Positions 1-10,037 of a DNA stretch of 44,729 nucleotides are shown in pieces; within the stretch, counting starts at the first letter, position 1; each line of letters starts with the position of its first letter. The notes beneath the pieces are model-generated. The model made no database searches, was not told the origin of the DNA, and saw only the letters and a list, made by a program, of their open reading frames with translations. A program made the position numbers and the translations under genes. The stretch spans positions 1 to 44,729 of the forward strand of contig RFFQ01000114.1 in NCBI GenBank assembly GCA_003697105.1. Reading direction: 5' to 3'. This DNA is from Gemmatimonadota bacterium. GTDB lineage: Bacteria; 4572-55; J002.

Positions 1-549
1 GAAATTACAATCCAGAACAACTACTTCATGGGGGGTCGTCGTGCCTTGCGCCTGAATGGCTTGACCCAAGGCATTGTCAGGAACAATACGTTCTGGTGCC
101 CTTCTCGGCATCCCCCGCTCACATGGGAAATGGTGGAAATTGAAAATACAAATATGGATTCCATCACATGGGAGAATAACACGTTTATCAACAATGGACA
201 ATTCGGTTGGATGAAACCCTGGGTTAAAACCGGTTCAAAAACGGATAAGGTCATTAATGGTAAAAATGGTAAACCAACCGGAACACAAATATTCAAACGC
301 GTGAATAAATATGAACCCGATCGAATCCATCTGATCGTGTATAATTGGGATCACTTAGACCGGGTAACGGTTGATCTCGATACACTTCTTGCGCCCGGTG
401 ATACCTACCGGGTGGTGAATGTGGTCGATTTTTTTGGTGACCCTGTTGTGGAAGGTATAGCGGAGAACTCAACCATCACATTACCCATGGGTCGGCACCG
501 CTATGAACCGGAATTTGGCACCTATATTCTCTTCAAAAACAGGGATTAA
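1..549 (+). CDS. C-terminal part of a probable right-handed parallel beta-helix (pectin-lyase-like) protein, 5'-truncated
   Basis: Frame 1 is open from base 1 (EITIQNNYFMGG..). It has repeated Asn-ladder strands (IQNNYF, VRNNTF, WENNTF) and ends in a beta-rich domain (RVNKYEPDRIHLIVYNWD). Confidence 0.55.
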   Translation, partial: EITIQNNYFMGGRRALRLNGLTQGIVRNNTFWCPSRHPPLTWEMVEIENTNMDSITWENNTFINNGQFGWMKPWVKTGSKTDKVINGKNGKPTGTQIFKRVNKYEPDRIHLIVYNWDHLDRVTVDLDTLLAPGDTYRVVNVVDFFGDPVVEGIAENSTITLPMGRHRYEPEFGTYILFKNRD

Positions 550-554
550 CTCGG

Positions 555-2180
555 ATGATGGAACCCACAGCGATTCAATTCGCTCTGATTGGTGCTGGAC
601 AATGGGGTTTAAACCATGCTCGCACCTTGAATCAACTCGTTGGGGATCGATTCGCTTATGTATGTGACCTTGACAAAACAAGAGCCGCGCTGGTTCATCA
701 AATTTCCGATTCCATTGAATTTATTACGGAAGCCCAACCCATTTTAACCGATGAATCGGTTCAAGCTGTAATTATTGCGACTCCGGCGGAAACCCACTAT
801 GCTATCGCCAAAACCTGCTTGGAAGCCGGCAAGCACGTGTTGGTTGAAAAACCCCTCGCGTTGTTTTCGGAGCAGGCAAAAGAGCTGGACCAGTTAGCGA
901 CCGCTCAACAAAAAATCCTGATGGCGGGGCATGTATTACTGTATCATCCGGCGGTGCAGAAGCTCAAGCAGATGATCGATCAGGGTCAATTGGGCAAACT
1001 TCAATATATCTACAGTAACCGGCTCAATTTGGGTACGGTTCGAAAAGAAGAGAATATTTTGTGGTCATTTGCTCCGCATGATATTTCGATTTTGCAGTAC
1101 CTGATCGGAGAGTATCCCGTTGAAGTGAACGCCAAGGGTGCGGTTTTCCTACAGCCGGGTATTCATGATGTTACTTTGACCACGCTCACGTATCCGAATA
1201 ACATCCACGCCCATATTCATGTTTCGTGGTTGCATCCCTTTAAGGAACAGCGCTTGGTGGCCATTGGGGATAGGTCAATGGCGGTCTTAGAGGATTCCCG
1301 GAAAGAGGATAAGCTCATTCTCTATCCCAAAGGGATCGACTGGATTAACGGCGAACCACAAAAGCGCGAAGGGGAGTATCAGGTGATTGACCACGATTCC
1401 AAATTGCCTCTGACCGCTCAATTAGAACATTTTATCGACTGTATTGAGCACAACAAAACACCTATCACGGATGGCAAAAGTGCCATTACTGTCTTGGAAA
1501 TTTTAGAACAGGCGCAACATCGCCTAGAAGAAAAGCCAGCACCCGATCTTGATATCCCGAAACCTGAATCCAAGCCTGATTATTTTGTGCACCCGCTAGC
1601 AGTTGTGGACGAAGGTTGTGAGATTGGAACGGGTACTAAAATCTGGCATTTTTCGCATGTCCAATCTGGAGCAAAAATCGGTGAGAAATGTGTGCTGGGG
1701 CAGAATGTCAATGTGGGAAATAACGTTACTATCGGCAATTATGTGAAAATTCAGAATAATGTCTCAGTCTATGAAGGGGTTGAATTGGAGGATTATGTCT
1801 TTTGCGGTCCCTCAATGGTCTTTACCAACGTGATCGATCCGCGCTGTGAGTTTCCGCAATCCGGTAGTGCATTTTACCGGCAGACCGTTGTCAAATACGG
1901 CGCATCGATTGGCGCCAATGCGACCATTGTTTGCGGCAATACGCTGGGTCGATTTTCGTTCATCGCCGCGGGTGCGGTGGTAACCAAAGATGTACCCGAT
2001 TATGCTCTGATGGCAGGTGTGCCGGCACGACGCGTCGGCTGGATGTCCCGTCATGGCGCACGACTCCCCGAACCGGACCCACACGGCATCATGATATGCC
2101 CCAAAAGCGGGTGGCGTTACCAAGAAGTGGCCCCGGAGCTTTTGCGGTGCCTCGACCACCCGGAGGACCAGCCCATCTAG
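555..2180 (+). CDS. wbpB/wbpD: Bifunctional Gfo/Idh/MocA oxidoreductase (WbpB/WlbA-like) fused to hexapeptide N-acetyltransferase (WbpD/WlbB-like)
   Basis: N-terminal GAGQWG Rossmann motif, HVLVEKP and WSFAPHDIS; a Pro-rich linker; then from about 1581 a left-handed beta-helix (IGTGTKIWHFSHV, VKIQNNVSVYEGV, VFCGPSMVFTNV). Confidence 0.85.
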   Translation: MMEPTAIQFALIGAGQWGLNHARTLNQLVGDRFAYVCDLDKTRAALVHQISDSIEFITEAQPILTDESVQAVIIATPAETHYAIAKTCLEAGKHVLVEKPLALFSEQAKELDQLATAQQKILMAGHVLLYHPAVQKLKQMIDQGQLGKLQYIYSNRLNLGTVRKEENILWSFAPHDISILQYLIGEYPVEVNAKGAVFLQPGIHDVTLTTLTYPNNIHAHIHVSWLHPFKEQRLVAIGDRSMAVLEDSRKEDKLILYPKGIDWINGEPQKREGEYQVIDHDSKLPLTAQLEHFIDCIEHNKTPITDGKSAITVLEILEQAQHRLEEKPAPDLDIPKPESKPDYFVHPLAVVDEGCEIGTGTKIWHFSHVQSGAKIGEKCVLGQNVNVGNNVTIGNYVKIQNNVSVYEGVELEDYVFCGPSMVFTNVIDPRCEFPQSGSAFYRQTVVKYGASIGANATIVCGNTLGRFSFIAAGAVVTKDVPDYALMAGVPARRVGWMSRHGARLPEPDPHGIMICPKSGWRYQEVAPELLRCLDHPEDQPI

Positions 2181-2273
2181 GAAAAAGTAAGGTCGAATAC
2201 TGCGGATGTACTCGACATTTTTGTCAAAAAACCGATCACCATCTTAACTTACGACCGGTAAGGAATCCATACC

Positions 2274-3407
2274 ATGCAATTTATTGACCTCAAAACTCAG
2301 TATCAACGTATCAAAGATGACGTCAACCGGCGGATCGAAGTGGTGCTCGATCATGCTGCTTTCATTTTAGGACCAGAAGTTCGGGAGGTGGAAACCCGGC
2401 TCGCGGAATATGTTGGAGTGAATCATTGTGTGACCTGCGCCAGCGGTACAGATGCATTACTGATGGCACTCATGGCGTATGATGTGGGTCCCGGGGATGT
2501 GATTTTTACAACCCCCTTTACTTTTATCTCCACGGCAGAAGTAATTTCGTTATTGGGAGCGACGCCGGTCTTTGTCGATATTGACCCGCAAACGTATAAC
2601 CTCGACCCGGCTAAACTGCGCGAAGCAATCCTTGCTTGTAGGGAAAATCGCTGTTTACGTTGTGACCAATCCGATTGCCAACGCCAACCAAAGGGGATCA
2701 TCCCCGTCGATCTGTTTGGCTTGCCTGCTGAATATGATCAAATTGAGAAAATTGCTCAGGAATTCGACCTGTTTGTGCTGGAAGACGCTGCACAGAGTTT
2801 TGGGGCAACCTACCAGGGACGGAAAGCGTGCTCATTCGGTGATGTGGCGGCAACCTCGTTTTTTCCGGCAAAGCCCTTGGGTTGTTACGGCGATGGGGGG
2901 GCGATCTTCTGTAATGACAATGTGTTGGCAGAAAAGTTGCGCTCTATTCGAGTACATGGGCAAGGAACGCATAAATATGATAATACCCGCATTGGTGTAA
3001 ATGGGCGCTTTGACACCCTTCAGGCGGCGGTGATCCTCGCTAAAATGGAAATTTTTGATGAGGAAGTCGAGGCACGGCAACGCATTGCACAACGCTACAC
3101 GGAAGGATTGGTCGAAAAATTCACGACACCTTTTGTTCCTGATTATATCATTAGCGCGTGGGCACAGTACTCCCTTTTGGCGACGGATCGCGATGCAGAA
3201 ATCGCAAAATTGAACGAACAGGGTATTCCGACGGCTATTTATTATCCGAATCCCCTGCATTTGCAAACGGCTTATCAATATTTGGGATACCAACGGGGGG
3301 ATTTTCCGGTCAGCGAACAAACCGCAGACCATATTTTTAGCGTACCCTTTCACCCGTACCTGAGCAACGCTGATCAGGACCGCATCATTGACATCTTACG
3401 GGGATAA
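2274..3407 (+). CDS. wbpE: DegT/DnrJ/EryC1/StrS PLP aminotransferase, WbpE/WlbC-like
   Basis: MQFIDLKTQY start, ASGTDAL, EDAAQSFGA, PLP-lysine motif SFFPAKPLGCYGDGGA and GVNGRFDTLQAA; lies directly after the wbpB/D fusion. Confidence 0.85.
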   Translation: MQFIDLKTQYQRIKDDVNRRIEVVLDHAAFILGPEVREVETRLAEYVGVNHCVTCASGTDALLMALMAYDVGPGDVIFTTPFTFISTAEVISLLGATPVFVDIDPQTYNLDPAKLREAILACRENRCLRCDQSDCQRQPKGIIPVDLFGLPAEYDQIEKIAQEFDLFVLEDAAQSFGATYQGRKACSFGDVAATSFFPAKPLGCYGDGGAIFCNDNVLAEKLRSIRVHGQGTHKYDNTRIGVNGRFDTLQAAVILAKMEIFDEEVEARQRIAQRYTEGLVEKFTTPFVPDYIISAWAQYSLLATDRDAEIAKLNEQGIPTAIYYPNPLHLQTAYQYLGYQRGDFPVSEQTADHIFSVPFHPYLSNADQDRIIDILRG

Positions 3408-3413
3408 TCGAAC

Positions 3414-4601
3414 ATGCGAGAAACCTTTTTGCCCTTTGCTTTACCAGACCTTGACCACACCGAATTTGACCAGATTAAAGAGTCCTTGGAATCCGGTTGG
3501 ATCACAACCGGACCCAAAACCCGGCAATTTGAGGTAGAGTTTGCCACAATGGTTGGAGCAAAACATGCTGTGGCGGTGAACTCCTGTACGGCAGCTATGC
3601 ATCTGGCATTGGAAGCCATCGGGTTACAACGTGGCGATGAAGTTATCACGACCCCATACACGTTTGCGGCGACCGCTGAGGTTATCCGCTATTTTGATGC
3701 CCGTCCGGTCTTTGTCGATGTCGATCCGTTTACGCTGAATATGGATATTTCCCAGATCGAGGCACAGATTACCTCCCAGACCAAAGCGATCATGCCGGTG
3801 GATATTGCCGGACTACCCGTTGATTATGACCCGTTGCTTGATCTGGCTCAGACACATCATTTGACGGTTATTGAAGATGCGGCTCATGCCTTTCCCACCC
3901 GGTACAAAGGGAAAATGATTGGGTCGATCAGTGACATGACGTGTTTTAGTTTTTATGCCACTAAAACGATCACCACCGGTGAGGGTGGAATGATTTGTAC
4001 GGATAACGACGAATGGGCGAACCGCTGCCGAATCATGGCACTGCATGGCATCAGCAAAGATGCATGGAAACGGTACACGGCAGAAGGGTCATGGTATTAT
4101 GAGATTGTTGCCCCCGGCTATAAATATAATTTAACGGATATTGCCGCCGGAATGGGCTTAGCTCAATTGAAAAAGGCAAGGCAGATGCATGCCCGGCGGG
4201 TAGCCATCGCACAGCGATATAATAACGCTTTTCAACATTATCCAGAACTCCAACTACCTGCTCCTGCTTGTAAATCCTCGTGCATCCCTTCCGATTGTGG
4301 TTGCCAACATGCGTGGCACTTGTATCTGATCCGTTTAAATTTCGACCGATTGAACATCGATCGGGCGGGGTTTGTGGATGCGCTCAAACAACGTAATATC
4401 GGAACGAGTGTTCATTTTATCCCGTTGCATATTCACCCGTATTACCGGGAACGGTATCATTTCCAACCGGAAGATTTTCCGGTTGCCTATCAGGAATACC
4501 AACGGGTTATCTCGTTGCCAATCTACAGCAAAATGAGTGATTCTGATGTGGATGATGTCATTGAGGCTGTTGTAACAATTATCGAAACCCATAGGAGTTA
4601 A
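3414..4601 (+). CDS. Second DegT-family aminotransferase (likely nucleotide-4-keto-6-deoxy-sugar C4 aminotransferase)
   Basis: SGWITTGPK, VNSCTAAMHLAL, EDAAHA, SFYATKTITTGEGG and GYKYNLTDIAA motifs. Confidence 0.85.
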   Translation: MRETFLPFALPDLDHTEFDQIKESLESGWITTGPKTRQFEVEFATMVGAKHAVAVNSCTAAMHLALEAIGLQRGDEVITTPYTFAATAEVIRYFDARPVFVDVDPFTLNMDISQIEAQITSQTKAIMPVDIAGLPVDYDPLLDLAQTHHLTVIEDAAHAFPTRYKGKMIGSISDMTCFSFYATKTITTGEGGMICTDNDEWANRCRIMALHGISKDAWKRYTAEGSWYYEIVAPGYKYNLTDIAAGMGLAQLKKARQMHARRVAIAQRYNNAFQHYPELQLPAPACKSSCIPSDCGCQHAWHLYLIRLNFDRLNIDRAGFVDALKQRNIGTSVHFIPLHIHPYYRERYHFQPEDFPVAYQEYQRVISLPIYSKMSDSDVDDVIEAVVTIIETHRS

Positions 4602-5183
4602 ATGGTGCCCCGTTGGCTTGAATTTGTACTCGCGTTCGTGGGTTTGATCGCCTTAAGTCCCCTGTTTCTCTTGATTATTGTGGCAATTAAGCTTGACTCG
4701 AGGGGATCGGCATTTTATCTTGCCAACAGAGTTGGACAAGGGAAAGCACACTTTAAGATGTATAAATTCCGAACAATGACTCCCCAAGCGGATCAAACGG
4801 GTCCCCCAATCACGGTGAATGGGGATAACCGAATTACGCGTGTGGGGCGGTTTCTGCGAAGAACAAAGTTGGATGAACTTCCCCAACTAATCAATATTCT
4901 CAAAGGGGAGATGCGGTTTGTCGGACCACGACCGGAAGACCCAACCGTCGCTGAGAATTATTCGGAATCCCAACAGAATATCTTCCGGTTTAAGCCGGGG
5001 ATTACAAGTCCGGCGAGCATCGCGTACCGTTCTGAAGAAGCCATGATACCACCCGAAGCGTGGGATCAGGTCTATTTTAATCAAATTTTGCCAAAAAAAA
5101 TAGAAACGGACCTGCAATACATGCAACGCGCGACGGTGTTTTCCGATATAATGCTGATATTCAAAACCCTATTCAAGGTATAA
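4602..5183 (+). CDS. Small monotopic priming phosphoglycosyl transferase (Bac_transf, PglC-like)
   Basis: N-terminal hydrophobic helix containing SP, plus FKMYKFRTM, RITRVGRFLRRTKLDELPQLINIL, VGPRPE and KPGITS. Confidence 0.9.
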   Translation: MVPRWLEFVLAFVGLIALSPLFLLIIVAIKLDSRGSAFYLANRVGQGKAHFKMYKFRTMTPQADQTGPPITVNGDNRITRVGRFLRRTKLDELPQLINILKGEMRFVGPRPEDPTVAENYSESQQNIFRFKPGITSPASIAYRSEEAMIPPEAWDQVYFNQILPKKIETDLQYMQRATVFSDIMLIFKTLFKV

Positions 5184-5199
5184 TTTTAGGAGAGACTTA

Positions 5200-7548
5200 A
5201 TGTATTTCGGTAGAATGGTGCCGAGTGATAGCGCACCGAAACTCCAAGCACCTATTTCAACATCAAATGGTGCTTATCACTCTGAAAATCCGATTCATGA
5301 ATATTTTCAGATTATCGTCCGTGGTCGTTGGATTATTTTAGTGGTGTTTACGCTTGTCATGGCTGCCACTATGATTTATGTGCTTCGAAATAAACCTCGA
5401 TTGGTTTATAGTACAACGGCGACAATTGCGTTGAAAAATAAATCTGGTAACTTGAACCCTTACCCCGTATACCGGGACCCTGCGAAAATCAATAATGAAC
5501 TGGTGATTTTGAAATCCCGCCGCTTGGCAGAGACGATTGCCGATAGCCTCCTGAAGCGTGTTTATATTGACCCGGAAACAAAAAATGAAAAGTTGCATAT
5601 TATTCATCGCCGCGTGGAATCCAACGGTCATGTAGATTACGAGCCGCTGAATAAACGGTCCGTTGTTCGACGGTTACAATCTTCTGCCTCCTTTTCGCCG
5701 ATTCCCCAATCCGATATTATCCAAATTTCGGTGAAAAGCACTCATCCTGAAGAGGCAAAGTTAATTGCCAATCTATTCGCCGAAACCTATTACCAATGGA
5801 ATGTAGAACGTAGCCGGACAGAATTGATCGGCACGCGGAAATTTTTGGAAAAACAGCTTGAGCAAAAACGGGAACGTTTATATCAAGCGGAGGATTCTCT
5901 CCGCAAATATATGGAAGCATCAAATGTGATGACAGATGATGCCGGAGCTACGGCGACAATTGAAAAAATCGCCCAGTTGGAAGCGACGCGGAGTGCGCTG
6001 GAAATTGATATTCAGGCATTTGCCGAGAAGATTAAATCCTATGAGGACAAACTGGGTAGTAAAAGCAACGTTAATGTCATCGCGGAGCAGAATGACCCGT
6101 ATATTACCCAGTTGCAGGAGCAAATTGCAAATTTGGAAGTTCAGCGAGATGTGACCATTACCCAAAACCCTGCACTCGCCGGGCAGGAAGCCTATATCGA
6201 AAAAATGGCGGAAATCAATGCCCAGATTGAAGCGCTCCGTAGCAAATTACAACAGCGCACGGAAGAGTATCGTAAATCCATTTTGAAGGACGAAAATTTA
6301 ACGGCATCCGATATTTTGGAGCTTCGGACATCCATTTTTGCCGCTCAAATGGAAATGCAAACGCTAAAGACAAAAAAGGAAATTTTAGATTCAACCATTG
6401 CGGATTATGAGAGGAAAATTAAAACACTTCCCCAGAAAAGCATTGATTATGCCCGGCTTGTCCGCCAGCGGTCGAGTGCCGAGAAACTCTATCTGCTTGT
6501 TGAGCAACACTATAATGAAGCCTCCATTGCCGAACAATCCGAATTTGGAAATGTCGAAATTATTGAATCGGCAGAAACACCAACAAAGCCGATTAATCCG
6601 CCAAAACCTCTCCGAACAGTATTTCTTGGCGGGTTTTTAGGACTTGGGCTGGGGCTGGGGATTGTTTTTGTCCGAGAGTTTTTCAATACCCAAATTCGAA
6701 CGCCGGAAGACATCAAAAAACGGGGATATACCTTGCTGAGTGTGATTCCTTCTATGAGTTTAGATAATGCAAATCGGAAAAAGCGCAAATCAAAGTCAGT
6801 AGCTGAAAATCCTCAACTTCTCACCTTCGCCAATCCCCGATCTACTGTGGCGGAATCCTACCGCCAATTGCGTACCTATGTCCAATTTTCAAAGACTGAT
6901 ACGCCGGTCAAAACCATTATGGTTTCGAGTGCCAATCCGAGTGAAGGAAAAACCACAACGGCTTCCAATATGGCAGTGGCGTTTGCGACCATGGGTAAAA
7001 AAGTGTTATTGATCGATTGTGATATGCGAAAACCACAGTTACACAATCGATTTTCCTTGGATCGGGAGCCCGGGTTGTCGAATATTTTCTTTTATACGGC
7101 AGCTGTTGAAAAAATTTGTCACAAAACCTCAGTAGATAATCTAGACGTGATTTGTAGCGGGATTATTCCACCGAATCCGGCTGAAATCTTAAGCTCAACC
7201 CGAATGATAGAATTTGTGAAAGAGATGCGAGATCAGTATGACCTGATTATTTTTGATACGCCTCCCATTCTGCGTGTAGCGGACCCCTCCATTGTTTCAA
7301 CACTGGTGGATGGCGTTATCTTAGTGGTCGCTTCCGGAAAGACGCCCGCTGGCGGGTTGAATTTTGCTGTTGAAACGTTAGTTAAAGTCAAAGCGAATCT
7401 TTTAGGTATTGTCCTCAATGATTTCGATCCGAAAAAGGCATATGGGGGCTACTATTACGGTAATTACTATAAATATTATTATTATAGTAGCTATTATGGA
7501 TCGGATCGAGACAAGAAAAAGCAAAGATCGATTAAACTTAAATCATAG
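5200..7548 (+). CDS. wzc: Polysaccharide co-polymerase / BY tyrosine autokinase
   Basis: Two TM segments flank a coiled-coil periplasmic region. Walker A SANPSEGKTT, Walker A' LLIDCDMRKP, Walker B IIFDTPP and a C-terminal Tyr cluster are present. RBS AGGAG lies upstream. Confidence 0.93.
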   Translation: MYFGRMVPSDSAPKLQAPISTSNGAYHSENPIHEYFQIIVRGRWIILVVFTLVMAATMIYVLRNKPRLVYSTTATIALKNKSGNLNPYPVYRDPAKINNELVILKSRRLAETIADSLLKRVYIDPETKNEKLHIIHRRVESNGHVDYEPLNKRSVVRRLQSSASFSPIPQSDIIQISVKSTHPEEAKLIANLFAETYYQWNVERSRTELIGTRKFLEKQLEQKRERLYQAEDSLRKYMEASNVMTDDAGATATIEKIAQLEATRSALEIDIQAFAEKIKSYEDKLGSKSNVNVIAEQNDPYITQLQEQIANLEVQRDVTITQNPALAGQEAYIEKMAEINAQIEALRSKLQQRTEEYRKSILKDENLTASDILELRTSIFAAQMEMQTLKTKKEILDSTIADYERKIKTLPQKSIDYARLVRQRSSAEKLYLLVEQHYNEASIAEQSEFGNVEIIESAETPTKPINPPKPLRTVFLGGFLGLGLGLGIVFVREFFNTQIRTPEDIKKRGYTLLSVIPSMSLDNANRKKRKSKSVAENPQLLTFANPRSTVAESYRQLRTYVQFSKTDTPVKTIMVSSANPSEGKTTTASNMAVAFATMGKKVLLIDCDMRKPQLHNRFSLDREPGLSNIFFYTAAVEKICHKTSVDNLDVICSGIIPPNPAEILSSTRMIEFVKEMRDQYDLIIFDTPPILRVADPSIVSTLVDGVILVVASGKTPAGGLNFAVETLVKVKANLLGIVLNDFDPKKAYGGYYYGNYYKYYYYSSYYGSDRDKKKQRSIKLKS

Positions 7549-7556
7549 GATGAAAC

Positions 7557-8072
7557 ATGCGTATTCCAAACAGATGGCAACGCTTTATTACAATCTGGGT
7601 TATTATCGCCTTTATGTCTCCATCATTTGTGATGGCACAACCGGCGTCGGATTTAGGACTCGCCGGAAAAAACCCACTGGTGAATTACTCTTTTGCACGC
7701 CCCGGTGATCTGACGATCTATGTCAATATTTGGGGGGCGATTGCGGCGCCCGGGCGGTATGAAGTCCCCACAAATACCACGTTGCTGGATTTACTCTCCT
7801 TGACCGGTGGACCAAAACCCGGCGTTAAAATGAATAAAATCCGCATTATTCGCATTGTGGAAACCAATCCAGAAGTAAGGCGGGTTGAATTTACGGTGAA
7901 TCTGGAAGATATAACCAAAATCAAGGATCGAGATATCGAACTTTATCCGGGAGATACCATAATTTTGGAAGAAACCTCTTGGCAACGTACTCGCCAAGTC
8001 ATTAGTTCGATCTCCACGGTGGTTTTATTTGCAACTGCCATCATTAACTTGATAAATCTTTCTAATAAATAA
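7557..8072 (+). CDS. Short SLBB-domain protein (minimal Wza/OPX-like export protein)
   Basis: Signal peptide, SLBB motif VNIWGAIAAPGRYEVP..TLLDLLSLTGG, LYPGDTIIL, and a C-terminal hydrophobic helix; located directly after wzc. Confidence 0.7.
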   Translation: MRIPNRWQRFITIWVIIAFMSPSFVMAQPASDLGLAGKNPLVNYSFARPGDLTIYVNIWGAIAAPGRYEVPTNTTLLDLLSLTGGPKPGVKMNKIRIIRIVETNPEVRRVEFTVNLEDITKIKDRDIELYPGDTIILEETSWQRTRQVISSISTVVLFATAIINLINLSNK

Positions 8073-8117
8073 TAACGACACCCGTGAACATTGGTTTCAG
8101 ATAGTAGGTTCTGATCC

Positions 8118-10037
8118 ATGCGTAAACCCTTTAAGCGTATTCCATACCGCTTCCGGACACTTGTCAAGATTATCGCGGATGCCTTTCTAATTTTACTTGC
8201 TTATTTTACGGCATATTTGATCCGCTTTGAGTTTTCCATTCCCCCCACCGAGATGGAAACGATCCTTCGCTCGATCCCCTTAGTATTTATTTCCGGGTCT
8301 ATAGCGATTGCCTTGTTCCGGGTCTATAAAGGACGTTGGGAGTACGCCAGTATCCGCGACCTCATTTCTATTTTTCTAGCGGTGACATGGGGCTGGTTGA
8401 CCTTTATTCTCCTGTTAAATATGTTTCAATTACATGGGAACCCACGCTCCGTTTTAGTTATCTATTGGCTTCTGAGTTTGCTCTTTGTAGGTGGTGTCCG
8501 TTTTTCTTACCGGATTTTCACGGAAATGCGCTCCATGCCGTGGGGGAATGCCTGTTATGTGCTGGTTATTGGCGCCGGAAAAGCGGGAGAAATGATCATC
8601 CGGCAAATTCGGAATGAACCTCGATTGGGATATTATCCGGTCGGTTTGGTGGATGATGACCCGGAAAAGCAACATACTCAGATTCATGGCGTTCCCGTTC
8701 TCGGAACCATTGACGACTTGGAGCACATTCTTCAGGGGCGAAATGTGGATCAGATTATCATTGCCGCTCCGTCTGCCACACCTGCTGAAATGCGCCGCAT
8801 TGTCGAAGCATGTGAGCGCGTTAATTTGGAGTTCAAGACCGTTCCCGGACCTAAAGAATTAGTCAATGGTGATGTCTCGATTAGCCAAATACGCCACGTC
8901 AAGATAGAAGACCTCCTGGATCGGGTGCCGGTGGAGATCGATTTGAATCAAATTCGAGCTTTCATTACGGGGCGGACGATCCTCATTACGGGTGCCGCCG
9001 GTTCTATCGGGTCTGAGTTAGCCCGGCAAATTTTGCAATTTTATCCCGCCAAATTGGTCTGTTTTGACCGCACAGAAAATAGCCTTTTCCATCTCAAAAA
9101 TGATTTGGATGCATACCAACTACCGGTTGATTATGAAGTCTGCGTTGCGGATATTCTTGACTTTGAAAAGGCAAATGATGTCTTTGCGAATGTCCAGCCG
9201 GATGTGGTGTTCCACGCTGCCGCTTACAAGCATGTCCCGCTAATGGAAGCGCATCCTGAAGAAGCCATCCGCAATAATGTCTTTGGTACGATCAATATGA
9301 TACGGTTGGCGGAACGGTACCACGCGGAAAAATTTGTCCTTATTTCAACAGATAAAGCGGTCAATCCGACCTCCATGATGGGGGCTTCCAAGCGATTAGC
9401 GGAATTGGTGGTTCAATCGTATGCCGAGAAATCCGATCTAAAACTTGTTACGGTTCGTTTTGGAAATGTTTTGGGGAGTATGGGTAGCGCGCTACCACTC
9501 TTTCAAAAACAGATTGAAGCCGGCGGTCCGGTAACGATTACCCACCCCGAGATGAAACGCTTTTTTATGACCATCCCTGAAGCGGTTAAATTGATTTTGG
9601 AAGCCGCGAAAATGGGTGAAAATGGTGAGATTTATGTGTTGGATATGGGTGAACCCATCAAAATCGAGGATTTTGCCCGCCATTTGATTCGTCTTTCCGG
9701 TCTGGAACCTGAAAAAGATATTCCGATTACCTATATCGGTATGCGACCCGGTGAAAAGATGGTGGAAGAGCTATGGACTGCCCATGAGCGTGTCCAAGAG
9801 ACGGAACATCGAAAAATCATGCGGGCAAAAGGAACCCAACATAAAACGTGGGAAGCCTTACAGGCAGACCTCAATGACCTGCGGCTTTACATCCGGCTGA
9901 TGGACCGGGCATCGATTTACAAAAAAGTGCAGCAGTTAATCCCAGAATACAAACCCTTTACCGGCGAAATGCCCCAACAGACAAAAACGACCTCTCCCCC
10001 AACAAACCCCAGCCGAGGCAAACAAACCTCCCGCTAA
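8118..10037 (+). CDS. Membrane-bound UDP-GlcNAc 4,6-dehydratase (PglF/WbpM/CapD family)
   Basis: Four N-terminal TM helices, IGAGKAG, ITGAAGSIGSEL, FHAAAYKHVPLME, ISTDKAVNPTSMMGASKR, VRFGNVLGS and GMRPGEK. Confidence 0.92.
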   Translation: MRKPFKRIPYRFRTLVKIIADAFLILLAYFTAYLIRFEFSIPPTEMETILRSIPLVFISGSIAIALFRVYKGRWEYASIRDLISIFLAVTWGWLTFILLLNMFQLHGNPRSVLVIYWLLSLLFVGGVRFSYRIFTEMRSMPWGNACYVLVIGAGKAGEMIIRQIRNEPRLGYYPVGLVDDDPEKQHTQIHGVPVLGTIDDLEHILQGRNVDQIIIAAPSATPAEMRRIVEACERVNLEFKTVPGPKELVNGDVSISQIRHVKIEDLLDRVPVEIDLNQIRAFITGRTILITGAAGSIGSELARQILQFYPAKLVCFDRTENSLFHLKNDLDAYQLPVDYEVCVADILDFEKANDVFANVQPDVVFHAAAYKHVPLMEAHPEEAIRNNVFGTINMIRLAERYHAEKFVLISTDKAVNPTSMMGASKRLAELVVQSYAEKSDLKLVTVRFGNVLGSMGSALPLFQKQIEAGGPVTITHPEMKRFFMTIPEAVKLILEAAKMGENGEIYVLDMGEPIKIEDFARHLIRLSGLEPEKDIPITYIGMRPGEKMVEELWTAHERVQETEHRKIMRAKGTQHKTWEALQADLNDLRLYIRLMDRASIYKKVQQLIPEYKPFTGEMPQQTKTTSPPTNPSRGKQTSR

